Origin: a virus
Lineage: Duplodnaviria > Caudoviricetes
Strand: one strand, 5' to 3'
DNA length: 64,000 nt
IMG/VR virus record: IMGVR_UViG_3300025898_000005
Coordinates: 124-64,123 of that record
Part shown: in pieces, positions 39,101 through 49,199 of the stretch
How the letters are laid out: every line of letters starts with the position of its first letter
Position numbering within the stretch: position 1 is the first letter of the stretch
Program-made: the position numbers and the translations under genes
The notes under the pieces: model-generated
What the model saw: only the letters and a program-made list of their open reading frames with translations
The model's database searches: none
What the model was told of the DNA's origin: nothing

Positions 39101-39402
39101 CCCTGGCCGATTCTTTGAATAATATTACAAATCTCACCATCACCCAAATAGGGGGGCCATCTTGTACCATTACGCAGCGCCTGAGAATACCAACCAGCGG
39201 GATAGGGCAATCCCTTATTATTGATTGGGATATTAAAAAAATGTTGACCCCGGGAATCTATTCCTTTTCCATAATAGGATTTTCCGATGCAGGAACCACT
39301 GCCAGTACTTCCGTATCGATCACCATCCTGGGGGCCTTACCCAATCCAAAAAATTACATGCCAGTTCATAAGTATAGTAAAAAACGTATATTGGGGCACT
39401 AA
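36163..39402 (+). CDS. Secreted alpha/beta-hydrolase - PKD-like repeats - right-handed beta-helix protein
   Basis: MKKLIYFTILVFLGLIGKS|Q; YPLFIFLHGSGE and GLSSGG nucleophile elbow; two ANAGxxQxITxP PKD-type repeats; beta-helix ladders. Confidence 0.8.
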   Translation: MKKLIYFTILVFLGLIGKSQTAGTIINVPYTTASTPTFQAYLYLPNDYGTTGSQRYPLFIFLHGSGESCPPVSNIYNSTTAGGPLYFIEHGLWPTGGFMNYRTGATEKYIVLGPQSACNSWSTSGDQLANIKTYMVQNYRVDSNRIIVSGLSSGGGGTVENTANLSGNETTQTFPSRYKNAAVIPMSPATNNPLQAWGAQFVTDSVPSWFFGDQNNDTYGEYAWNFARRLPTPNATTNGFINAIKFGYAYFTGNPGTNGVSTFNTGHGPWNTYYNPTFRVSFTDSTIKPAVTGTFSIYEWGLMHVRNSVAVTTPTANAGSNQSITQPTSTVTLTGSGTAGTGHNIPTSGGYAWTQVSGPTSTITTPTLSSTTVTGMTTAGAYVYQLKVTNEIGAFATSQVTITVISNAPHANAGPDQTITLPISSVTLDGTGSSGGITSYAWSQLTGPNTGNINSATAATTSVTALIAGVYTFQLSLNSGASKDTVQITVQPVQPCGPHNKIILHPFSDSTYFINNAVSHTFQAGDTIVFTHTDVWKSAVFQNMNGAPGCPIVLQNDSGPIPFTSPPNGHRSGNDYSGMKFASCSHIHLQGNADPTTKYGFFFQYDPVFVYQTTPALIIDDKSTNVEVNNVSFRNVDIAIVAEVTENCDTTFNWPNWFMDSIIIHDIKVRRTWNEGFYLGNTSPDNALYDHRPTVCGVDTFYYKPAKNGYTQVYNIDMDSTGRSGIQLANAIVNPAGARSEIFNCTVKHAGLNGDDAQGCGIDPGLYTVVRIHDNVITNTYTFGVGSLGANGTSTPLEIYNNRIDSAGFLRTFNNATTDSVRYNPETAPTFRDSLTYPYPIFVTTRPMSFTTDSLPGTAIHGLDSLNFIIKNNTLGLFKAATRPDSNVVGNSTAAIQIEQDSRNTTIQKNGNVICGNTFFNDQPATVFTDNRQGVINYSTNCGNAIKRLIASIGDAVDAPAIVADTLILPLDSTFIEGYALADSLNNITNLTITQIGGPSCTITQRLRIPTSGIGQSLIIDWDIKKMLTPGIYSFSIIGFSDAGTTASTSVSITILGALPNPKNYMPVHKYSKKRILGH

Positions 39403-39411
39403 AATTTTTAT

Positions 39412-39729
39412 ATGAAAAAATTACTGCTATTACTTAGTTTCTTATCAATCTGCCTGCTGACATTCAGCCAGGATCACCAGGTCAACCCATTGAAAAAGGA
39501 TACGGTGAAGGGAAAGATTCCGGCTGGTAAAAAGGTGATCGCCGCCAAAAAGGATACGATTCCGCCCCTATCCATTATCCCCCGGGAAAAGGCCTACGTG
39601 CTGATGTTGTCTGAAAATGAGATCCAGCGCCTTTATTCCATTGTACGCACTTCCGGCAAACTTACCGGCACGGAAATAGAGGATTATCTCATATTGCTGG
39701 ATCAGCGAAAAAAAGAGATAAAACAATAA
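39412..39729 (+). CDS. Small secreted protein
   Basis: MKKLLLLLSFLSICLLTFS|Q; KKDTV and KKDTI sequons. Confidence 0.65.
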   Translation: MKKLLLLLSFLSICLLTFSQDHQVNPLKKDTVKGKIPAGKKVIAAKKDTIPPLSIIPREKAYVLMLSENEIQRLYSIVRTSGKLTGTEIEDYLILLDQRKKEIKQ

Positions 39730-39733
39730 ATTT

Positions 39734-39925
39734 ATGCCTGACATGACAACCCCGACAAATCATATTGATGCCCCTGGATTAGCAATGATATTCTTCGGGC
39801 AGGGCTTTAATACGCTTGCTATGATAACCCGCACCGATGTAACCTATTTTCTTGGCCTCTTTTCGACATTATTGGCAATTGCCTATTATACCCTGAAGAT
39901 GTACAAAGAATGGAAAAGCAAATAA
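39734..39925 (+). CDS. Putative holin
   Basis: 63 aa, hydrophobic segments, basic C-terminus, near the endolysin. Confidence 0.55.
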   Translation: MPDMTTPTNHIDAPGLAMIFFGQGFNTLAMITRTDVTYFLGLFSTLLAIAYYTLKMYKEWKSK

Positions 39926-39951
39926 TCTTCAACCTTTTAAAAGTTAAGTAT

Positions 39952-40359
39952 ATGAAATCAACCAAGTTATCGCTCATTTTTGCTTTGGCCATCGGGGTGT
40001 CCTTCGTGGCCATTGGACAGAACCTGAAGGACAGTGCGGGCAGTCCGCCGATCAAAGATTCCACCCAGTACGTGGCTGACAGCGTTCAGATCGCCACCCA
40101 GATGCAGCCTACCATTGTCGGTTTGCCTGTATCGCGGCCAGTTCAATCAATCTTTATCGCGGTCATTACCGCCCTGGCTACGGTCCTGGGCGCTGTTCAG
40201 TATGTCTTGAAAAAGATACCTACCCCGGTCAGTGTAAAAATTGAAGGGGTTGTGGGGAAAATATTGGATGTGGCGACCTTCTTCCAGCCGGATAGAAGTA
40301 CCAATGGCGGCGTTCATGCGGATAAACCGGATCCACTAAGTGCGCCGAAGAAGCCCTGA
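39952..40359 (+). CDS. Signal peptide plus transmembrane protein in the lysis region
   Basis: MKSTKLSLIFALAIGVSFVAIG|Q; DSA, DST, DSV before the TM helix. Confidence 0.6.
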   Translation: MKSTKLSLIFALAIGVSFVAIGQNLKDSAGSPPIKDSTQYVADSVQIATQMQPTIVGLPVSRPVQSIFIAVITALATVLGAVQYVLKKIPTPVSVKIEGVVGKILDVATFFQPDRSTNGGVHADKPDPLSAPKKP

Positions 40360-40455
40360 TATTATTCTGATCAAAGCATACGTGGGGGCCGTGATCATTC
40401 TCATGGCCCTCTTTAAAATAGTCTCTTTATTTTTTAAACATTAAAAACTGTTATT

Positions 40456-40971
40456 ATGAGCATTTTCACAAAGATTTGGGGGGATGTCAAATGGCTGGGG
40501 AAAACCATTGGCCACCTGTTCGCTGCTGATATATTGCCCTTTGCAATTGAGGCCACCCAGAAAATCAACGAAGCCGTTAAGTCGGGGGAAGCCCAGCAGC
40601 TTGTCGATGTATTGAAAGGCCTTTATCCCGGTGCCGGTCAGATAGGGCAGGCTATTCTGGATGAAGCCCAGGTGCTGGGTCCAAAGGTGCTGTCCACCGA
40701 ATTGGGACTGCAGGCCTTGGAAACCAGCAATACCCCCCAGGCGGATATCGCCTTCGCCCAATCTGTTATTGATGCCTATGGATCGGCCGATCTGATCAAA
40801 CAATCGAAGACGTGGAATTCATTGGCCACCCAGTTAACTATCCTATACGACCAGGGAAAGACCCAGGATAAAACCTGGATGGATTGGGCTGGAACCGTTG
40901 AACAAGGATTCAAAGCCATCCAGCAGGCGATCGCCGATCAGAAAGCAGCTGACGATGCCGCCACTGAATAA
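40456..40971 (+). CDS. Helical hypothetical protein in the lysis region
   Basis: Good start context; amphipathic N-terminus. Confidence 0.65.
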   Translation: MSIFTKIWGDVKWLGKTIGHLFAADILPFAIEATQKINEAVKSGEAQQLVDVLKGLYPGAGQIGQAILDEAQVLGPKVLSTELGLQALETSNTPQADIAFAQSVIDAYGSADLIKQSKTWNSLATQLTILYDQGKTQDKTWMDWAGTVEQGFKAIQQAIADQKAADDAATE

Positions 40972-41070
40972 TGGCGCTGGCAAGATTCATAATCGAATTT
41001 ATCCTGATCCTCTTGGCCATCCGGCAGGGGATCAGGATTTTTAACCGCTGGATGGATAAATTTTACTGAC

Positions 41071-41706
41071 ATGCAAAAACCAGTTTTAGACCGGGAACAT
41101 GCCCTGCTGATCATGGGCGATCATTACGCAAAAGAAAAAGTGATCCTGCTGGGTATTCGCGGATTCTTTGATCCTGCCATGGGGAACAAACGGGGGGTTT
41201 ATGACGATGCCGTCTTCCTGATCACGGATGAAGGCATCGAAGGGTTCAATTTCAATACTGATCCTTCCATTGACCGGCCAGGAATTGCTGTCCTGCAGGA
41301 TGGCAAATATGACTATACCCAGGATCTTCATGGGGTCCATCACCTGAATCTTAAAGACATCAATGACAAGGTATTATATAATACTCTCATTGCTCACCAC
41401 AAGGATCTGACACCCATCCCCGGTAAAATACTTCCCTACTTTGCTTTCCGGCAGGCAGGACCGGTCCTGTTAAAACGGGATGGGGATTCCGATGCCGCCC
41501 TGGATGGATGGCCATCAGCACCTGCCTGGATAGATATCCACAAGGGTGGGGTAAATACGACCTCTTCCGAAGGCTGTCAGACGGTTTTCCCGGATCAATG
41601 GGAAGATTTTCGGGACAAAGGTTATGCCGGCATGGACAAAAATTCCATGCACAAAATATCCTATGTCCTGCTGACGAAAACGGCAGATATGGACATTACA
41701 TCGTAA
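41071..41706 (+). CDS. Putative endolysin (L,D-transpeptidase/YkuD-like Cys peptidase)
   Basis: LLGIRG...YDDA...TDPS...G.Y and DIHKGG...SSEGCQT motifs. Confidence 0.65.
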   Translation: MQKPVLDREHALLIMGDHYAKEKVILLGIRGFFDPAMGNKRGVYDDAVFLITDEGIEGFNFNTDPSIDRPGIAVLQDGKYDYTQDLHGVHHLNLKDINDKVLYNTLIAHHKDLTPIPGKILPYFAFRQAGPVLLKRDGDSDAALDGWPSAPAWIDIHKGGVNTTSSEGCQTVFPDQWEDFRDKGYAGMDKNSMHKISYVLLTKTADMDITS

Positions 41707-41716
41707 ATCCTTTTTT

Positions 41717-42223
41717 ATGATCGTTATATTAAAAGAACTCATAATCGTTGTCCGGGATTTGGAAAATGAACTGCACGGAATCCGGCATAGAATATGGGAA
41801 AGATATAAGCATCACGCACACTTCAGTCAGTTCACCTTTTTAATTAACAATTTAAACTTTTCAGCAATGAACAGTACATTAACGGTACCCTCCGGTACCC
41901 CGGTCGATGGCTTTAATGCCCCATTGGACGCAAAGAAGAATGTTTTGAAGGATTCGGCTTATAAACCGGGTTCCTGTAAGTACGGAGTAATCCCGGGACC
42001 CAGCGGCAACCCTCCCGGCTTCACGGTCGCACCGGGTGCCACCGAAGAAGATTTCACGGTCACGGAGAATACCGCCGGCGCTGCCAGTGACGGGATCATC
42101 ACCTTTGATGCCCAGGATGCCGAAGGCAATCAATTGCCCCAAAGTCAGGGCACATTGATCTTTACCGCCGTTACGCCGGTAGCCGTTGAAAGTGAATTCA
42201 ATTTCAATCAGACTTCTCACTAA
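41717..42223 (+). CDS. Hypothetical Ig-like protein (possible internal start at 41867)
   Basis: Beta-rich ORF followed by a terminator. Confidence 0.55.
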   Translation: MIVILKELIIVVRDLENELHGIRHRIWERYKHHAHFSQFTFLINNLNFSAMNSTLTVPSGTPVDGFNAPLDAKKNVLKDSAYKPGSCKYGVIPGPSGNPPGFTVAPGATEEDFTVTENTAGAASDGIITFDAQDAEGNQLPQSQGTLIFTAVTPVAVESEFNFNQTSH

Positions 42224-42250
42224 CTTCTATTTTCTCATATAGCAGTTAAT

Positions 42251-42291
42251 AAAGCAGCCGGGGTACTTTTGTACCGCCGGCTTTTTTCTTT
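42251..42291 (+). terminator. Intrinsic terminator
   Basis: AGCCGG...CCGGCT followed by a T-rich run. Confidence 0.6.
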
Positions 42292-42316
42292 GGAAAAAGG
42301 AAGTACCTTTATAAGC

Positions 42317-42695
42317 ATGCAGCCACAATCCCTGAATATTAGCCGGGCCGCGCTGGTCAATATCAATATCAATGACTATGATCAGATCCCGCTGACACTC
42401 ACCTATACCGACACAACTGACCCGATGGTACCGGTCCCCATCGATATACGGACATATGCCTTTTCCTTCGATCTGAAGGCTGGGAATACCAATCCGGTTG
42501 TAAAGAATTACCCGCTGGCCCCGGCCGGGTCTTCCGCTTTTCTCTCCGTGACCGGTGCTGATCATAATATCCTGGATATGTCCCTGATGTGGGCGGATAT
42601 AAAATCCATCATCACCTTCGATGGAGATTATCGCCTGATCCAGCTGGTGACCGATAACCTGGGCAATTCGTTCGTTCATGTGATATATACTATCA

Positions 42696-42712
<17 letters not shown>
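42317..42712 (+). CDS. Fibre adaptor (BppU-N-like) protein
   Basis: PIDIRTYAF...GDYRL; coupled to the collagen gene. Confidence 0.55.
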
Positions 42713-44480
<1,768 letters not shown>

Positions 44481-44499
44481 TCACTCAAAAAATAAAAAA

Positions 44500-44922
44500 A
44501 TGAAGACGTTTTTTGACTTTTATGCCGATGCAGGAAATATAGCTGGCGATGCAACGGATGTATTTGCCGGAAAAGTTACAGCCGGGAAAATGCCAGTTTG
44601 GGGGGATAAATTACAGGGTAAATATCTTGTAAATTCATCCATCTCCGATTTTTTAATCACTTTGCATCTTGGAAGTATTTCCATTGATTTAAGTGGTTTA
44701 CAATCAGGTGATAATGTTATAGAATTCCTTTTATTTAACAAAAACGGGAATAGTTCTTTATATTTTGGAACTGTTAATGGAGGGAATATATTTAAAGGCA
44801 CCTCTGATCCTTTTGCCAATGATGGAATCGTTAAACTTACTCTTCAGGATACTTCTGGTTCTCCGGCCGACAATACAGTGGTGGCCAAAATGGGAACTGT
44901 CCTTTTCATTCCTGCCGCTTAA
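44500..44922 (+). CDS. Beta-rich hypothetical protein (low GC)
   Basis: ORF after the collagen gene. Confidence 0.6.
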   Translation: MKTFFDFYADAGNIAGDATDVFAGKVTAGKMPVWGDKLQGKYLVNSSISDFLITLHLGSISIDLSGLQSGDNVIEFLLFNKNGNSSLYFGTVNGGNIFKGTSDPFANDGIVKLTLQDTSGSPADNTVVAKMGTVLFIPAA

Positions 44923-44943
44923 TTTAACAAAGGATGGTATGTT

Positions 44944-45996
44944 CTACGCATACCATCCTTTATCCCACAGGGTATAAAGATGATCAAAATAATGGTCATA
45001 GTGATAAGCCAGTTCGAGCATGGAAAATCTGTCGATTGCGCGATTTCTAATTTTTTCCCCTGGTTTCAGCATCCCATTTTCACACCAATGCATTGCTTGA
45101 ATGAAATCCTTAAAAGAGTGGCAGGTATATCCATCTACACCCGTTTTTATATTCTCCGAAAAGGTTCCCCACGGCGTGGCGATTACCGGCGTGCCAGATA
45201 AAAGGGCTTCCGCCATCACCCCACAAAACGGTTCAATATAGATGGATGGGCATAAAACGGCGACAGCATCCGCCAGCAGGTTGGCTTTTTGTTCTCCCGA
45301 TACCATCCCGACATATTCCCCATATCCATCGAACTGGCCAGGACCCGCCACAATTAACCGGGCCCTTATTTTTTCGCATGCCTGTTGGGCTATCCGCCAT
45401 CCTTTCCGATCAGTCAGGCGCCCCATATAAAGGAAATAGTCCCCCTTCTTTTTGGATACATGATATTGGGTATGGTCAAAGAAGTTGGGGATCACCCGGT
45501 CATAGAAGTTGCCATCGGCCCGGTCAGCGGATCCCGCCATCTGGCCATAAACGGTATGCATCCAGGCGTAGGATTCAAAGACTTTGAATTTTGCGAAGAC
45601 CCCGGCGTATCCTACCCCGAATTCCACTGCCATCAGGTAGGGCAGTTTTTCGGCCAGGACCTGCTGGCACCGGCCGGCGATCAGGCAAAGGAAGTCTTTA
45701 TCCTTCGCCCGAATGGTAATTTCTGCCCATGCTATATGATTCATGCGGACCCAATGATCCGCCTGGGGGTCGAAAGGAGCATCCAGGTATTCGGCCGGGG
45801 ACCACCGTTTATAATAGCAGGGGATGAATTCATCACATACCGCCTCATTTTCGGAGGACCCGTAAAGGAAGACCTTATGGCCCAGGTCCTTCATCATCTT
45901 ACAGAACTTTATGACTTTCTGGGTATAAGCACAGCAATTATATTCTGCCGTTGTCTGGGTATGGGGAAGCCCAACTATATGAAAAGTGTATTGCAT
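44944..45996 (-). CDS. Glycosyltransferase, GT4 (GT-B) family
   Basis: YFLYMGRL..RKG and EPFCGVMAEALLSGTPVIA (EX7E) motifs. Confidence 0.9.
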   Translation of the reverse strand: MQYTFHIVGLPHTQTTAEYNCCAYTQKVIKFCKMMKDLGHKVFLYGSSENEAVCDEFIPCYYKRWSPAEYLDAPFDPQADHWVRMNHIAWAEITIRAKDKDFLCLIAGRCQQVLAEKLPYLMAVEFGVGYAGVFAKFKVFESYAWMHTVYGQMAGSADRADGNFYDRVIPNFFDHTQYHVSKKKGDYFLYMGRLTDRKGWRIAQQACEKIRARLIVAGPGQFDGYGEYVGMVSGEQKANLLADAVAVLCPSIYIEPFCGVMAEALLSGTPVIATPWGTFSENIKTGVDGYTCHSFKDFIQAMHWCENGMLKPGEKIRNRAIDRFSMLELAYHYDHYFDHLYTLWDKGWYA

Positions 45997-46010
45997 ATTG
46001 ATTTATTTTT

Positions 46011-46063
46011 TACAAAAGTACTTTAAAATAAATTAGGATGTTTAAAATAAATTAGTATCTTTG
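46011..46063. promoter_or_regulatory. Divergent Bacteroidota promoters with a 15-bp direct repeat
   Basis: TACTTTTG on the minus strand (46013-46020 read in reverse), TATCTTTG at 46056-46063, TTTAAAATAAATTAG twice. Confidence 0.6.
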
Positions 46064-46092
46064 AATATCGTTTAACACTTAAAAACATATTT

Positions 46093-46794
46093 ATGAAAAA
46101 AGCAACCGAAGCCGATCTGCAAGTATCGGCCATCAAAACGAAGGAATCCATCGCTATCTTCTTGTATTTCTGCATGACAGAATTTAATCTTAGTCTGGAT
46201 ATGGATTTAGACTTCGCTGATTATGTGGACAAAAACGGCGACCCGGCTATTAAGACAGCCGCTTCCATCGAAGAACTGAATATATTGATGGATACCTGCC
46301 ATGATCTTTGCGATGCAAAGGGCTGGGATATCGCCGAAATCGCACTGACAGTAAAGCATGTCATTTTTCTGGAAGAATTTGGTGAGAAATGGGAAGCCGC
46401 TACCGATAAGGAAAATAATGATGCTGAAGTGGACCGCCTTACCGAAGAATATCAGAAATATTTGGCTCTTTACGGTCTTCCGCAAATGTCTGCCGATGAA
46501 CTACTTGCCAATCTGGAAAGGGATTTAAGCCGGGATGTGACGCTGGAACAGTTCAGGGCCGATAAGAAAATACTGAATGACAAGGTTTTGATCAGATCAT
46601 TTTTCACGGAACAGGATGGGGATGAAGAATATGCGAAAGATCAGGCGCAAAGGATATACGCCCTGCATGTTTATGGAGGTTCCTATTATATTCAGGAATA
46701 TGATCCCGGCAAGTTCTGTACCACCATCGAAAATAATTGCCCCGAAGGACCGCTGGAAGAACTAGAAGAGGCCTTATATAATTTCGCTTTTTAA
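46093..46794 (+). CDS. Acidic first early protein
   Basis: Directly behind the TAnnTTTG promoter; D/E-rich. Confidence 0.7.
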   Translation: MKKATEADLQVSAIKTKESIAIFLYFCMTEFNLSLDMDLDFADYVDKNGDPAIKTAASIEELNILMDTCHDLCDAKGWDIAEIALTVKHVIFLEEFGEKWEAATDKENNDAEVDRLTEEYQKYLALYGLPQMSADELLANLERDLSRDVTLEQFRADKKILNDKVLIRSFFTEQDGDEEYAKDQAQRIYALHVYGGSYYIQEYDPGKFCTTIENNCPEGPLEELEEALYNFAF

Positions 46795-47021
46795 ATAACT
46801 GCCTGGAATCTGCCGCGCACCATTACTGCAAGGCCCCACAGTTCCGCCGCCCCGCCCCAACAAGGCGGGGTTTGGTGGCAGAATCCGCAGTGTAGGGCGC
46901 CGGACGGGATTGGGATCACAGGAAAAACCTGCCCAACGAAAGCCGGAGAACGCTATCGAAGGCGGCAACAAGCTGGACAGCCGGTACTATATTCCGAAGT
47001 AGGGGACGCCCGAAAAAGAAG

Positions 47022-47288
47022 ATGGACCGGCCAAAGGCGGCAAAAGACGTTAATATGGCAAATAAGGACGGTAAAGGCGGCGCGGTGATGGTAGCCGACA
47101 CTATTTATGATGATGTCAAAACCCATCTGGAAGAGACGGGCGGCGCCATCGGAAAGTTTTTCGCACAGGCGGCAAAGGACAAGATGGCGATCATCAAAGC
47201 TCCCCCCGAACTTCGGGGCCGTATCGAAGAACTGGTAAAGGAAGCGCGGGCGCTCTTGGAATCCGGCCCAGCTATTGCACAGGAATAA
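47022..47288 (+). CDS. Small hypothetical protein, possibly ribbon-helix-helix-like
   Basis: Beta-alpha-alpha pattern; start uncertain. Confidence 0.45.
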   Translation: MDRPKAAKDVNMANKDGKGGAVMVADTIYDDVKTHLEETGGAIGKFFAQAAKDKMAIIKAPPELRGRIEELVKEARALLESGPAIAQE

Positions 47289-47301
47289 AAAACTGCAGGA
47301 T

Positions 47302-47595
47302 ATGGAATGTTTAACTTTTCACGGTATCGATGATGCCGTTCAAATCGATGCATCTGAATGGATGCTGCGTTTTACACAGGCCTTTGCTTTTCCGCTTCTT
47401 TTGGCTAACTTGTCTGAAGGAGCCCGGGAATGCCGGTTCATTATCAACGACCATACGAAGGGCGAAGCCTACTTCGCCAGGGCAAAGCGGATCATTGCCT
47501 GCCTTCGGATGCCGTTGGAACCCATCCTGAAGGTGGACAAGGTAGGAGGGCTCACTTACCAGACCCGCCTGATCGTTAAATATACTGGCCAATGA
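47302..47595 (+). CDS. Hypothetical protein
   Basis: ATG at 47302; coupled downstream. Confidence 0.55.
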   Translation: MECLTFHGIDDAVQIDASEWMLRFTQAFAFPLLLANLSEGARECRFIINDHTKGEAYFARAKRIIACLRMPLEPILKVDKVGGLTYQTRLIVKYTGQ

Positions 47596-47759
47596 GGACC
47601 CGCCAGTCACCGCCCCGGGAATATGCCGGCCTTCCGAATATGGTTTTCGTGAAGGTGGTCAGGGATTACAGCATCCCCAAAGGAATTGCCTTTCTGACCT
47701 GTTCCCAGCAATGGGTATGTTTCAGGGCCTATATCGATATCGCCAAGCAACTGAACTAA
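47592..47759 (+). CDS. Small hypothetical protein (55 aa)
   Basis: ATGA overlap with the upstream stop; below the ORF-track cutoff. Confidence 0.45.
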   Translation: MRTRQSPPREYAGLPNMVFVKVVRDYSIPKGIAFLTCSQQWVCFRAYIDIAKQLN

Positions 47760-48025
47760 TTATAAACCCTAAACATCTATTTATGGAATCGCTCATTTTT
47801 TGGGGGCTTTGTGCCAGCGCCTACATAGTGGCGGCAATCCCTTTCGTCTGCAGTTATATCGGTAAACGCCGGAATGGTAAACTGCACCGGCATCAAAAGA
47901 CTTTTTTCATTAAATAAATTTTGTTTTTTTTCATAAGTGTTAAAATCGCAATGGGACCATTTCTATGGTCCTAACGTTTTTTTTTTAATTATTTTACCTT
48001 ATAGTTGTCAACAAACCATTATTAT

Positions 48026-48160
48026 ATGACAGATTTATTTATTTTTGAACGCAACGAACTGGACCGGGAGAACTGGACGGCGGCTTTGGCGTTTAACCCT
48101 GGTCCGGATGAAGAAGAGGATGATGACGAATTCGGCCTGGATGATGATGACGAAGATTAA
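48026..48160 (+). CDS. Very acidic 44-aa peptide
   Basis: MTDLFIFERNELDRENWTAALAFNPGPDEEEDDDEFGLDDDDED; good start context; hairpin at 48166-48196 follows. Confidence 0.55.
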   Translation: MTDLFIFERNELDRENWTAALAFNPGPDEEEDDDEFGLDDDDED

Positions 48161-48225
48161 AAATCAATAGCCGGTAATAATCAGTTACCGGCTATTAAGA
48201 AATGAAGCATTAAAAACCAATCAAT

Positions 48226-49170
48226 ATGTCTGAAGCAAATCTACCTAAAAGGCAGGAAATTATCCAAATGATTATGGATACCCCGCCTGCCCAAATCGCT
48301 TCCCTTCCATTCGTGAAGGCGAAATTCATCGAAAATTATAATGCCTGCAACCGGTCGCCGGATGGCAAACCCGGGACCGAAGGGGAAATGATGTACCACC
48401 GGCAGCAGATTCACTTCGTTCAGATCATCATGGCAGATGATAAGACCGGGGCGGCACTACGGGGCTGCAATCCTTTTTCCCTTTATGCCTGTTTTGCAAC
48501 GGCGGCAGCCAATGGTTACAGCCTGGACCCGGCCGATAATGTGGTATACATGATCCCGAAGGGAGGGAAGGCATGTCTATGGCGCCAGGCGGGTGCCCAC
48601 GTTCATCGCCTGATCCGTACCAATCAGATACGGCATGCTGAACAGGTACAGCTGGTGTACCAAGGGGATGCATTCCGGGTATCGAAAGGTGCAGTCCTCA
48701 CCCATGAAAGCAATTTTGCCGGGGAAAAGATCATTGCCGCTTATCAGGAATTTGTCCTGCCAGATGGGAAAAGCCGATATTTCATATATCAGCCTTCCGA
48801 TTGGACTGCATGGCGTAGTAAATCCGATATGCCGAATGGGCCTAACTGGAATTCTGGTCCGCTGGGTCAGCCTGATCCCGGGTTCCTTCGGACAAAGATC
48901 ACCAAGCATGCCTGCATGGAAAAGGTCTGGGCAACCGGCATGAATCCCATCCAGGTCGAAACCTTTGAAGATGTGGAGATTGAAAGCGATGCCCTGATTG
49001 TCGGCGCTCCGGTACTTAGTGAAATCTATTCGGAAAAGATCACGGCGCCCGATCAAAAGAAATCGCCGGAGAAAGAACCTGCACCTGCGGGCATTGGGTC
49101 TACTATGACCACGCCCCGGGCCCAGGAAAAAAAGACGGAAGAGCCTGATGGCGACAATGAGGATTTTTAA
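48226..49170 (+). CDS. recT: RecT-family single-strand annealing protein
   Basis: SLYACF..AA.NGYSLDP...VYMIP, QLVYQGDAF, FLRTKITKHA motifs. Confidence 0.8.
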   Translation: MSEANLPKRQEIIQMIMDTPPAQIASLPFVKAKFIENYNACNRSPDGKPGTEGEMMYHRQQIHFVQIIMADDKTGAALRGCNPFSLYACFATAAANGYSLDPADNVVYMIPKGGKACLWRQAGAHVHRLIRTNQIRHAEQVQLVYQGDAFRVSKGAVLTHESNFAGEKIIAAYQEFVLPDGKSRYFIYQPSDWTAWRSKSDMPNGPNWNSGPLGQPDPGFLRTKITKHACMEKVWATGMNPIQVETFEDVEIESDALIVGAPVLSEIYSEKITAPDQKKSPEKEPAPAGIGSTMTTPRAQEKKTEEPDGDNEDF

Positions 49171-49199
49171 CCATTCCCTTCACCTTTCAATTTTAAATA

